64,000 nt of DNA, taken from NCBI RefSeq assembly GCF_006345805.1, contig NC_042999.1, forward strand, positions 25,358,001-25,422,000. The letters are read 5' to 3'. The notes beneath the pieces were generated by a model. It was not told the DNA's origin and did not search any database. It was given only the letters and a program-made list of their open reading frames with translations. Position 1 is the stretch's first letter; each line of letters begins with the position of its first letter. Position numbers and translations under genes: made by a program. The stretch is from Octopus sinensis (taxonomy: Eukaryota). Positions 53,092-64,000 of this stretch are shown piece after piece.

Positions 53092-53533
53092 GTATCTTTT
53101 CGGTTTGAACGGCAGTTTTTAACATAATTTCTAGGTAACTAAAAAATTTTAAACTTCGTATACTGGTAGAATGTGTTTATAAAACATCTTTTTCTCTTGG
53201 CTTTATTGAGAAAATTCTATAGTTTGTAAGATATTTGTTGTTTTTTCCTTCAATTTCTGCAATTTCAACCAATCACTGACGTCTATTGAGGTAAAAAAAC
53301 ATTCTGTGCCGTATGAATATGTCCCTCGTTTAAGAAACAGATTGGGTTTATTTACATTTGTGAAGAAAAAAAGATACCTCTCTCCCCACCCCTAACCCTA
53401 AACTAACTAACCCTAACTAACCCTTACTCTAAAAGAGATTGAAATGCAATAGATCGATACTAGGGTCATAATTATGGGTGACAAATTCATATGACACCGC
53501 TAGAAAAAACTGCCGTTCAAACCGAAAAGATCC
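53092..53533. mobile_element. MITE with 27-29-bp TIRs and 8-bp TSD
   Basis: ATCTTTTCGGTTTGAACGGCAGTTTTT (53094-53120) / AAAAACTGCCGTTCAAACCGAAAAGAT (53505-53531); CAATTTTC at 53084-53091 and 53534-53541; internal CCCTAA-like run at 53388-53425. Confidence 0.85.
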
Positions 53534-55066
53534 CAATTTTCTTGGGAGAATTGTGTAGGCGCTCTAGTAGTAATCTCATGCTGCTATATAAGATAATACA
53601 AGATTTTGCTGTTTTACGTACTGAGTTCTTTTTCTCACATTCGTGTAACCAAACATATCAATCACACTCTCTGTCTCATGCATACATACACACACATATA
53701 CATTCATACATACATACATGCATTATACATACACATGCATACAGCCATAAATACCTTCCTACCTACATACATACATGCACACACATATATATGTATATGC
53801 GCACATACGCATTTATAATTATGTGAATTTGGTTTCTAGGTATATGTTTATGTTTCTAAATATGTGATTATAGAGTTTTGAGAGTACTTGAGATATTTTG
53901 AAATTTTATACATGTTTCCTTTTAATTATTTTTTTATTAAAATATCATTAGATATACGACAAACGTTTTAATGAAAGCTTAACTTACATAGTTTGGTATC
54001 TTGCATGAATAGTAATGCATAACGTAAGATGGTATGAAATATATCAGGTAGGTGTTTATGCAACATTTGTAGACAAGCATAATGAATTATTTATGAATTT
54101 GCATACACATCAAACACACACACGTTTACATACAAGCGAACCCACATACATTACATACACCACGCACGCACACATTTAGGTATGTGTATGTATTGAAATG
54201 TAAATTAATACATATGTAAAAACTGTTATGTGTTTTAGAAAACTTAACATTTAAACTGTAGGGAAAACAAAACAAAATGTTTACGCTACAAATTTCACCT
54301 CTTCGTATATAGAATCGTTCTTATATATTGTTTCTTCATATTTAGTAGGTAAGCACATGTGAGTTGAGGCTGTTGGGTACTCTGTATTGGAATGTTGGGG
54401 GTTGATGCCCCTTCCATCGCGACACCAGAGCTCCAGTGTCATACACAAAACAGCACGGTCATCGTTGAGAAAAATGTTGCAACTCTGGGCCAAATGTTTC
54501 GTCCATACTCAATGTTCGTTCTTATTGCAATCCTCGTGCTCTCTGTAGTGTCAGATGCAATAGCTTGCTCTCTCAGCCGCTTCCAACAATTTTTCTGGCA
54601 ACAGTTTAGTATCCTTCGCACCTAGTCATCTTCTGTTGCCTGAGTGATCAGGTGGATACAAACTAGGATTCGGATATACTGGTGAGTTTAATTTGCTTGA
54701 CCATAAATATGCCGACAATGTGAATTCATTAAGGTTATGAAAAGTACTGTTATACAAATTTGTTTGACATTCTATGCTGAGTTCGACAACGTACAAACGA
54801 TACTTGCTATAATCTACAACTCTCAGACGACAGCTATTATATTTCTGGGTTTCATAATAGTAGACTTAGGATTTATTGCCTTTCTTAGAGACATCAAACA
54901 TATCTTAGAACATTTAGATCGGTTTTCATTACGAGAATATTGTAGAATATTCTCTCTCTCTACAATATTCTGTGTGTGTGTGTGAGTGTGTGTGAGTGTG
55001 TGTGTGTGTTTTTTTTTCTCTGTGTGTGTTCTGTGAATATGATGTAATATACATGTTGATATGTAC

Positions 55067-55097
<31 letters not shown>

Positions 55098-55117
55098 TGT
55101 GTGTGTAGATATATATG

Positions 55118-55286
55118 TAGGAGTCGTTGTGTGGTAAGAAGCTTGCTTCCCAACCACATGGTTCTGGGTTCAGTCCCACTATATGGCACCTTGGGCAAGT
55201 GTCTTCTACTATAACCTTGTAAGTGCATTTAGTAGATGGAAACTAAAAGACGACCGTCATATACATATGTATGTATGCACACACAA

Positions 55287-55326
<40 letters not shown>

Positions 55327-55347
55327 TATATATATATATATATATAT

Positions 55348-55383
<36 letters not shown>

Positions 55384-55570
55384 AGTATTTATGTGTCTGA
55401 GTTTTTCCCCCCAACCTAACCTAGCGGTTCGGCAAAAGAGATCGTTAGAATAAGTACCGGACTTACAAAGAGTAAACCTTGGGGTCGATTTATTCCACTA
55501 AAAGGGCGATGCTCCATCATGGCCGCAGTCAAATGACTGAAACAAGTAAAATAGTGTAAAAGAGAGGAAA
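55118..55570 (+). mobile_element. SINE family A with expanded internal microsatellite
   Basis: Head, body, CA/TA tract, and CATGGCCGCAGTCAAATGACTGAAACAAGTAAAA tail. Confidence 0.85.
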
Positions 55571-55581
55571 AGAGACTAAAA

Positions 55582-55617
<36 letters not shown>

Positions 55618-55624
<7 letters not shown>

Positions 55625-55752
55625 ATAGAGGGCATTATTACACATAAATGCCTCACACTAAGAGGGACAAAGTCATTACTACCAATGGTAGTAATGACTT
55701 TGTCCCTCTTAGTGTGAGGCATTTATGTGTAATAATGCCCTCTATACAATAT
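55618..55752. repeat. Perfect 135-bp palindrome (67-bp arms, 1-nt loop at 55685)
   Basis: TTGTATAGAGGGCATT...CATTACTACCA-a-TGGTAGTAATG...AATGCCCTCTATACAA, directly after (TA)n. Confidence 0.95.
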
Positions 55753-56004
55753 AGATATAATTAATTTGTTCAAAAGAAAAAAATTATTTTCGAATTCTTT
55801 TCTTTTATGAGGTTTTCACGCTAACTACCCGATAATTTCTTGTTAAGATCCCTTATTAAGAGATTATCCTTAATTGTTAAACTTATATATATATATATAT
55901 ATGTTCCGACCTGGAACATAGAGCTTCATCAGAGTGAAGAAAAATACATGCATAAAAGAAGAGGAGACTCGAGAAGAAAAGGAAATGCTTATTATATTAA
56001 TTGT

Positions 56005-56426
56005 AGGTTACTCTTCACTCTTTACTCTTTTACTCTTTTACTTGTTTCAGTCATTTGACTGCGGCCATGCAGGAGCACCGCCTTTAATCGAGCAACTAGA
56101 CCCCGGGACTTATTCTTTTGTAAGCCCAGTACTTATTTTATCGCTCTCTTTTGCCGAACCGCTAACTTACGGGGACATAAACACACCAGCATCGGTTGTC
56201 AGGCAATGCTAGGGAGACAAATACAGACACACAAACACACACACGCATATATATATACACATATATATGACGGGCTTCTTTCAGTTTCCGTCTACCAAAT
56301 CCACTCACAAGGCTTTGGTCGGCCCGAGGCTATAGTAGAAAACACTTGCCCAAGGTGCCACGCAGTGGGACTGAACCCGGAACCATGTGGTTGGTAAACA
56401 AGCTACTGACCACACAGCCACTCCTA
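56005..56426 (-). mobile_element. SINE family A, full length
   Basis: Reverse complement of 15937-16352. Confidence 0.92.
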
Positions 56427-56459
56427 ATATTCCCTCAATTTATTATTATTATTATTATT

Positions 56460-57310
56460 ATGCCATTCGGTCTCAACTCTTCCCCCCCCTTCTCATCTAA
56501 CCGCCCCCTATCATCTAACCTTCCCCCCGACTCCTACTACTCTTCAGTCTTTCATCTTTTCACCCCTACTCACTTTCCCTCCTCTCCTTCCTTCCCCCCT
56601 CTCACCCACTCATCTCATCTCCTCTCTCCCCTCCCCCTCATCTCTCCTCCGTACTCCTCCCCTCTCCCCCTTATCTCTCCTCCGTACTCCTCCCCTCTCC
56701 CCCTTATCTCTCTTCCCTCCTCCACTCCTCCCTCTCTCTTCTCTCCTCCTTTCACTCTCCCCACAATCCCCACTCTACCCAAACCCCCAGCCGATCCCAC
56801 ACCCCATCTCCCCTTTCACTCTCCCTACAACCCCCACTCTACCCCAACCCCCAGCCGAACCCACATGGGCTTTCCCCACCTCCCACCACACTACACTACA
56901 CTACACTACACCATACGACATTACACATCACATCACATCATACATACATACACACGTCCAGAACTTTCATACGCACATACATACTCTCTCATACGCACAC
57001 GCACCCTTATGTTGGGTCGAGGTCATTTGACCTTGTTATCTCCACTACTATCTCTCTTGCGTCTAACGTCTGATCTGTGACTTCTGGCCGAAATCAGACA
57101 GCCATGTTAAATCGTCAGCTCCTGCACGCCTTCTTTTTCTCTCCTTGTTTCTCTCCGTGTTTATTTTCTATGTATCTTTCTGTTGAAGAGCGTAGGCTCG
57201 AAACGTAAAAGACTTGTTTTATTTCTATTTCTGAGCGGCATACTAATACAATTGTTTGTTTGTACTCCACCTGCCTTCGTCTTTTGTTTATTTTCGTAAG
57301 CTTCCCGTTA
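56460..57310 (+). mobile_element. Penelope-like 3' region: C-rich low-complexity tract plus variant hammerhead (57175-57212)
   Basis: TCTTT-CTGTTGA-A-GAGC-gtag-GCTC-GAA-ACGT-A-AAAGA; downstream tail homologous to 39840-39937; ends in (TA)n. Confidence 0.62.
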
Positions 57311-57329
57311 TATATATATATATATATAG

Positions 57330-57377
<48 letters not shown>

Positions 57378-57381
<4 letters not shown>

Positions 57382-57672
57382 TTAAATTAGTGATAAAACC
57401 ACTATTAGGCAAATCAAATAATGAAAAACATAAACCAAAACATAAAAATAAACATGATTAACATAATATACAAAGTATATAAAATTTAAAATTTATATAT
57501 TTTATATATTTTGTATATTATATCAATTATGTTTGTTTTTTTGCGTTGGTTTATGTTTTTCATTGTTTATTTGCCTAATAGTGGTGTTATCACTAAGTTA
57601 ATTTATATATATACCGTTAAATTGGATTTAATCCTAAATCTAATTTTTCCCTGTAAGTTTGGATTGACACCC

Positions 57673-57675
<3 letters not shown>
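57378..57675 (+). repeat. Fold-back element: 228-bp imperfect palindrome (57378-57605) plus tail
   Basis: TAAATTAAATTAGTGATAAAACCACTATTAGGCAAAT...ATTTGCCTAATAGTGGTGTTATCACTAAGTTAATTTA; tail TTGGATTTAATCCTAAATCTAATTTTTCCCTGTAAGTTTGGATT. Confidence 0.88.
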
Positions 57676-57710
<35 letters not shown>

Positions 57711-57713
57711 TAT

Positions 57714-57787
<74 letters not shown>

Positions 57788-58995
57788 GTATGTATATATA
57801 TAAAAAGTTAGTAGAGTTAGAGGCTGGAATAACCGTCTAAGGGATAATTACCTATGTTAACTCTGGTCACGCATATGCAAGCAATAATATGCTCATATGT
57901 TACAGGTAATGACAAAGATGAACAGAGTTTATCAGGAATCAAATTTAAAGTAAACAGAACCTGGAGAAATATTGATCAACATCAATTGGCTTACATCAAC
58001 TATTATTTTAAAATTCAATACAAAAAGACTGCATTCCATCTAACAGCTGTTTCTGCTTCCAATGTCATATGTTACTGCCACTGAAAATTCTAAAAATAAT
58101 ATTCATCATATTTGGTAATACATCCGATTTGGGGAACATAGAGCTTCATCAGAGTGAAGAAAAATACATGCATAAAAGTAGAGAAAAGGAAAGAAGAGGA
58201 AAAAGAAAGGCTAAATATTTCAAAATCATATCATTTTGCTTATGTGTCGCTTTGGGACGTTGAGTAGTTAAAATTAAAATAGTTATTGTGGATTGATTTT
58301 TCTATGGGGGTAATAGGGTGGATAAGTAATAAAGTGGTACGCCAATGGGCTTCAACAAAGAGAGAGAGTGAGAGTGTCATAATGCTTTGAAGTAATCACA
58401 ATAGTTCTTAATACTAATTAATATTTTATCACAATAAAATGCCCAACAAGTAATTTAAGTTATTTACTTATTGATATGGTGTAAAGTCCAACCACCTATT
58501 GACTGTAATGGGATTAACCAAGGTTCAGCGTTCGATTATAACTAGACAGGTAAATTTAAAAACAAAGGGCAAGCTATTAAGACCGTTATACGGGTTGATA
58601 TAAATAAATAAATAAATAAATAAAAGTATGGAAAAGTAGTATATGTAGTAAGTGGCCGAAAACCGCTTAGGACATTGTATGTAAAAAAAGTTCAGAAGGT
58701 AGACTTTATATTATAATTTTCCCAATTTAAGTCACTTGCCTTGTCATTACCTCCCCTTAACCGTAATTTTCACCTTTATCACCCATGCTATTTTTTTCCT
58801 ACCAATTAATTCCCTTCTTTGTCTACTAATTTCACATTCCTATTTTTTAAAGCTTTTGAACCATTCCCCCCTCCACTGCCTTAATTCCTAATTGTCCAAA
58901 TAGATATCTCTCTATGTTTTAATGATACTGCTGGAATTGTTCATTCCTTCGCATTGCACCTGTTTACATGCTTTTTTTTTATTTAATTTATATAT

Positions 58996-59050
<55 letters not shown>

Positions 59051-59118
59051 GTATGTATGGATATGTATGTATACGTGTTTGTCTGTCTTTCTTTATGGAT
59101 GTATGTATGTGCCTATGC

Positions 59119-59173
<55 letters not shown>

Positions 59174-59184
59174 TATACATTTAT

Positions 59185-59610
59185 ATACGTATAAGAGGGA
59201 ATTTTACCACTATGTGGAAACCCTTATGGTAGAAGAAGATCTGCTATGGTCTTAACCATTAAGAATTGTTCTCTAGAAAATTTAGCAAACACCAGTAACT
59301 AAGCGAGCAAGACCAATGAAAAGTAACAAAATATAGATTAATCATAAACAAATGTTTTACTATCAACAAATTACGTAATTTTACTTACATAATTTAACAG
59401 TAGATCTTCAGTATGATCGTCTATACAAATATAATCTGGTGTTTGCTAGCAGATCTTGTTCTAGTATAAGGGTTTCCACATAGTGGTAAAATTCCCTCTT
59501 ATATGTATGTAATGCTATTTACTGAACCTCAGTTTTTTATATGCTAAACCACTGGTGTTAAATTGATGTTATCAAATTAATATCCAATTTTTACCCTCAT
59601 TTCAATTTTA
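59185..59610. mobile_element. Fold-back element with inverted arms enclosing a minus-strand degenerate hammerhead (59340-59418)
   Basis: TATAAGAGGGAATTTTACCACTATGTGGAAACCCTTAT and its reverse complement near 59467-59504; minus strand GATCATA-CTGAAGA-(stem II)-AAAAC-ATTT-GTT-TATGATT. Confidence 0.72.
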
Positions 59611-59655
59611 CTTTTAAATCATATGCATATACATATACATACATACATACATACA

Positions 59656-59691
<36 letters not shown>

Positions 59692-59773
59692 TATTGGTAA
59701 AAACGGTAAAATAACAAAAGAAAGAAAGAGACCTCAATATTATGTAACTAGAGGAAATTTATCTGTAAAATAA

Positions 59774-59883
59774 TATGTGACAATTATTCAATGGCCAGAT
59801 AACCGAAGAGATGGAGTTGTGGATTTCCACCTCGGCATCCGAAACTCAGAGCTTTATCTTGGTTATTGAATAATTGTAACATA
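59774..59883 (+). ncRNA. Degenerate hammerhead motif with very long stem I
   Basis: ACAATTATTCAATGGCCAGATAA-CCGAAGA-GATG...CATC-C-GAAAC-TCAGA-GCT-TTATCTTGGTTATTGAATAATTGT. Confidence 0.55.
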
Positions 59884-59921
59884 CCATATATATATATATA
59901 GTATATATATATATATATATA

Positions 59922-61175
59922 TATAATTTCAACAATTGAGGGTAAAATTAATTAATTATTAATCAATTTCACCAAGTATTCAGTATGCAAAGGGACCATT
60001 TAAGGCGAATTCAAATTATTACATTATATAAAAGGGCTTAGTAAAATAAATTACTTTGCCGCATACTGAACTCATTAGAAATAGTAGCTAAAAAAACTTT
60101 TGTAAAACTATTTCTAATACTTAAAGAAAACCTCTCTCATATAGTGTTTGCTCAATTCAACTCACGAAAGTATGGGGGTAAAGACATTAAAAATCAAATG
60201 CAAAGGTTATTTGAGAACGTACGTTTCAAGATTAGTCAACTCGACATTTCTATCATCAGCTCAGAACTCCTTGGTTTGGATTTGAAAACACTGAAAGTGG
60301 GAGCATACCCTTTCGGCTTCTTATCGCTTCTGAAGATCTGCTCGAAACTAACAGTGCCAGCAAACTCAAATATGCAAGCGAAGAATTTCTGCTCTCCCCT
60401 TTCCACCAGCGTGGGTTAAAAGTTCTCAAATAACCTTTGCATTTGATTTTTTAATGTCTTTACCCCCATACTTTCGTGAGTTGAATTGAGCAAACACTAT
60501 ATGAGAGAGGTTTTCTTTAAGTATTAGAAATAGTTTTAAAAAAGTTTTTTTTAGCTACTATTTCTAATGAGTTCAGTATGCGGCAAAGTAATTTATTTTA
60601 CTAAGCCCTTTTATATAATGTAATAATTTGAATTCGCCTTAAATGGTCCCTTTGCATACTGAATACTTGGTGAAATTGATTAATAAGTAATTAATTTTAC
60701 CCTCAATTGTTGAAATTATAATTCATCTCTCTCTATTTAATGCCTCGGATTTTACCGAAAAAAGCATAGTGTTTACTGATTTTAACCCACGCTGGTGGAA
60801 AGGGGAGAGCAGAAATTCTTCGCTTGCATATTTGTGTTTGCTGGCACTGTTAGTTTCGAGCAGATCTTCAGAAGCGATAAGAAGCCGGAAGGGTATGCTC
60901 CCACTTTCAGTGTTTTCAAATCCAAACCAAGGAGTTCTGAGCTGATGATAGAAATGTCGAGTTGACTAATCTTGAAACGTACGTTCTCAAATAACCTTTG
61001 CATTTGATTTTTTAATGTCTTTACCCCCATACTTTCGTGAGTTGAATTGAGCAAACACTATATGAGAGAGGTTTTCTTTAAGTATTAGAAATAGTTTTAA
61101 AAAAGTTTTTTTTAGCTACTATTTCTAATGAGTTCAGTATGCAGCAAAGTAATTTATTTTACTAGCCCTTTTATT
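59922..61175. mobile_element. Inverted plus partial-tandem duplication carrying two identical hammerhead motifs (60212-60263 minus, 60938-60989 plus)
   Basis: A(59922-60218) B(60219-60421) rcA(60422-60720) X(60721-60779) rcB(60780-60982) rcA-partial(60983-61175), with only a few mismatches; HHR TGAG-CTGATGA-tAGAaatGTCgagttGACtaaTCTt-GAA-ACGTACGT-T-CTCA. Confidence 0.9.
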
Positions 61176-61180
61176 TTATA

Positions 61181-61217
<37 letters not shown>

Positions 61218-61601
61218 TACATACATAAATGTAGTTAAGTATGTATAGTCAAGCATAGTCACCTGCACAGATGAATCTGAACTATGTGAAGCTGAATTAA
61301 TATATTATTAGAAACTCAAATAACTTTGTTTCTGTGTGTGTACGCGCGTGTGTATGTATATACATGTGTATGTATGAAAGTTTGGCCCAAGTCTTAGGTT
61401 CGATTCAATGGGGTGTGAAAATATATTGGTTTCAAAGTATAAACCATTTAGTTGGTTGAACAGCTGAAATACATTTTACTGGAGAGTCCATTCATATATG
61501 CATGTATGTACATACACATAGTATATAGGCATGGATGTATATGTATATATTTATATATAAATGTGTGTAGTATATATACACACATACATACATATATTAC
61601 G

Positions 61602-61668
<67 letters not shown>

Positions 61669-61691
61669 TTATATTATATATATATTATATT

Positions 61692-61737
<46 letters not shown>

Positions 61738-61744
61738 ATATGAA

Positions 61745-62275
61745 GCAATTTATAAGTAAGGGCAAAAGAAAAATGTCTAATGCCAAAATATGCCGAAAAT
61801 AGACAAACGTCAATAACCATGTAATCTATCACTACAAGCATGTAATTCGAATAAAGCCGACAGAAATTTCTAAAAAATTTCGTTATTACCATATCGGACC
61901 CGATTTCAGAGTTAGTTCGTAAGAACCTTCCCTTCATCAGTGATACATGCGGCAAAGTCATGAGCACATTTAAGTACCCCAAATATATCCAAAATAGAAA
62001 TTCTCTAGCACACCTCGAGACACGTGCGATTCGAAATAAAAACTCTCATAAAGTGAGATTCTGGAAGTGAAGACTTAAATTAACATCTTATATAGGATAA
62101 AATTCTTCGTAAAAAATTCCATCAATGGCCGGCATATTAAAAAATACCTTTAAAGGTTAAATTTATAAAATAATTTTACTTACAAATTGTTTTATAAATT
62201 TAACCTTTAAAGGTATTTTTTAATATGCTGGCCATTGATAGAATTTTTTACGAAAAATTTTATCCTATATAAGAT
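61745..62275 (-). mobile_element. Fold-back (62085-62275) plus hammerhead (61890-61947) element between (TA)n tracts
   Basis: Palindrome ATCTTATATAGGATAAAATT...AATTTTATCCTATATAAGAT; minus strand TGTATCA-CTGATGA-AGGGaaGGTTCttacGAACTaaCTCT-GAAAT-CGG-GTC-CGATATG. Confidence 0.78.
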
Positions 62276-62288
62276 ATATATATATATT

Positions 62289-62349
<61 letters not shown>

Positions 62350-63182
62350 CATGTGTGCATATGACTGTGTGAGTATCTATACGTGTGTGTATCTATGCAC
62401 GTGTATATATTTCTGTTTAACCTGTGTGAGGCATTGTTTTCTTCAACCAAAGTCACTTTAGGATATATTTGGGATCCGGGTTGTTAGTAATACAAGATGC
62501 ACCGCTATGCAGTCGAACATGTAACCACGCATGTTGAAGCTGACTAGTCACCAGGCAGCCACGGCTGTTTATTGCCTTTCTCTATAAAATTTCCATAGTT
62601 CCGGCACTATGTGACATTTGCCTAGATACTATTTCATAAAAATCCTATAACATCTCAATGTTCACTACCCGAATAAAGGTAAAATTAATGGCGTCCATTC
62701 ATGCCCAATTAGATTATTCACTTTCTAGCTTTTGGAAAAAATTTTTTTTCGTCGACAGAAATTCTATACCTTCTACCATGTTTAAAGGAATGTCATCTGT
62801 TTGTGTGGTCGTTTAATTTTTTAATGGATACTTTCGGTTTGTTGTTGTAAACGTTCCTTCAAAAGCACAGTCGCATTTGCACTGCAATAAAAAGCCATAT
62901 GAAGCTCAAGTTTCTTAACTGCTGTGTAATTCACAATAGTATATCAATGCCATTCAACAACCCATGCTTTTGAGTCAAATCAGTATTGAACTTTAAAGAT
63001 AATACGATGCACATGCTGAGGCATATTCATTCATTGATCAATGAAGGGGATACGTGTAAGATTTTGAGTAGGCAGTATATTATTATCATTATTATTTTTT
63101 GTGTTGTATTTATTGTTGTTGTTCTCCCCTTTGTTGTTGATGTTGTGCCTATACTAGAAGGAGTTGTTATTATCATTCTTCA

Positions 63183-63710
63183 GGCGGCGAGCTGGCAGAA
63201 ACCTTAGCACACCGGCGAAATGCGTAGCAGTATTTTGTCTGCCGTTACATTCTGAGTTCAAAATCCGCCGAGGTCGACTTTGTCTTTCATCCTTTCGGGG
63301 TCGATTAAATAAATACCAGTTACGCACTGGGATCGATATAATCGACTTAATCCATTTGTCTGTGTTTAGCCCCCTGTGGGTAGTAAAGAAATAGGTATTT
63401 CGTCCATCTTTACATTTCGAGGTCAATTTCCGCTGTGGTCGAATTTTCCTTTCATCCAATTTTTGGTCGATAAAATAAGTACTAGTGATACACTGGGGTC
63501 GAGCTTGTTGGCCTTGTGCGAAAATTTGAAATCACGATTCTTATTACTACTAAATCGGCGAGCTGGCAGAATCGTTAGCATAGCGGATAAAATGTTTAGC
63601 GACGTTTCTTTCGGTTTTACGTTCTGAGTTCAAAATGTTTTTGCGGTCTACTTCACTTATCATAATGTTGGGGTAAACAAAATAAAGTACTAGTTAGGAA
63701 CTGGGTCAAC
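63183..63710 (+). mobile_element. Cluster of SINE family B copies: full copy 63183-63395, headless older unit to about 63525, older copy 63555-63710
   Basis: GGCGGCGAGCTGGCAGAA head at 63183 and CGGCGAGCTGGCAGAA near 63557; junction GAAATAGGTATTTC at 63388-63401. Confidence 0.82.
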
Positions 63711-63744
63711 GCAATGTTTCAAGCCTCGTGCTCATTGTAGAAAG

Positions 63745-63745
63745 G

Positions 63746-63807
<62 letters not shown>

Positions 63808-64000
63808 CGAGTGAAAGAGCAGTGCATGCCATCAAAGCGACATTGGGGTAAGATATACGAAACCCAGGATATCCATTATTACTGCCCGTCTGTTAAGAGT
63901 ATACCAGGCATATGCATCACAACCATATGTGCGTGACATGGTGACCTCATATGATGGTAAACAGCGCATGACCTTGTAGGCGGGGGTCCAGTTAGAATCT
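63745..64000 (-). mobile_element. Probable 3' end of a retroposon with (AAT)n tail
   Basis: (ATT)n run abutting a GC-richer unique segment that runs to the window edge; no motif identifies the family. Confidence 0.35.

Noticed and set aside
53388-53425. Telomere or true interstitial telomeric site
   Set aside because: Short, degenerate and internal to a TIR element.
54270-54660. GC-richer island with short ORFs on both strands
   Set aside because: No motif recognised; likely a decayed repeat, left unannotated.
56346-57080. 244-aa Pro/Ser-rich ORF
   Set aside because: Starts in an antisense SINE head and runs through C-rich low-complexity sequence.
60325-60360. CTGAAGA-TCTGCTC-GAAAC-TAACA-GTG as a second, opposite-strand hammerhead
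   Set aside because: No stem II or stem I pairing, and G at the cleavage position.
60144-61054. Two near-identical ~90-aa ORFs on opposite strands
   Set aside because: A consequence of the inverted duplication; antisense to the ribozyme, GTG/TTG-type starts, no recognisable domain.

Overview
AT-rich, microsatellite-saturated eukaryotic DNA with no recognisable intact host gene. The repeat families look like those of an octopus/coleoid cephalopod genome (inference from repeat recognition, not a database result). Content: (i) three tRNA-head SINE families in more than 20 full or partial copies; (ii) decayed non-LTR retrotransposons, including a 5'-truncated but nearly complete CR1-type ORF2 (26878-29820) and RTE and R4/Dong-type remnants; (iii) about eight Tc1/mariner pseudogenes and fragments; (iv) two non-autonomous Helitrons, one MITE with an 8-bp TSD, and a ~120-bp divergent 28S rRNA fragment. 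The unexplained structure is a dense set of short non-coding elements embedded in (TA)n tracts. They carry type I hammerhead ribozyme (HHR) motifs from many unrelated sequence families (about 8 near-complete, 7 degenerate or partial) and/or fold-back palindromes of 130-800 bp. In the best-preserved case (59922-61175) the duplication junction falls within 3 nt of the predicted ribozyme cleavage site. This fits Penelope-like pLTR/retrozyme-type mobilisation with hairpin formation into TA microsatellites. Almost all ORFs in the supplied track are microsatellite or antisense artefacts. All alignments and folds were done by eye, and boundaries of decayed elements are approximate.
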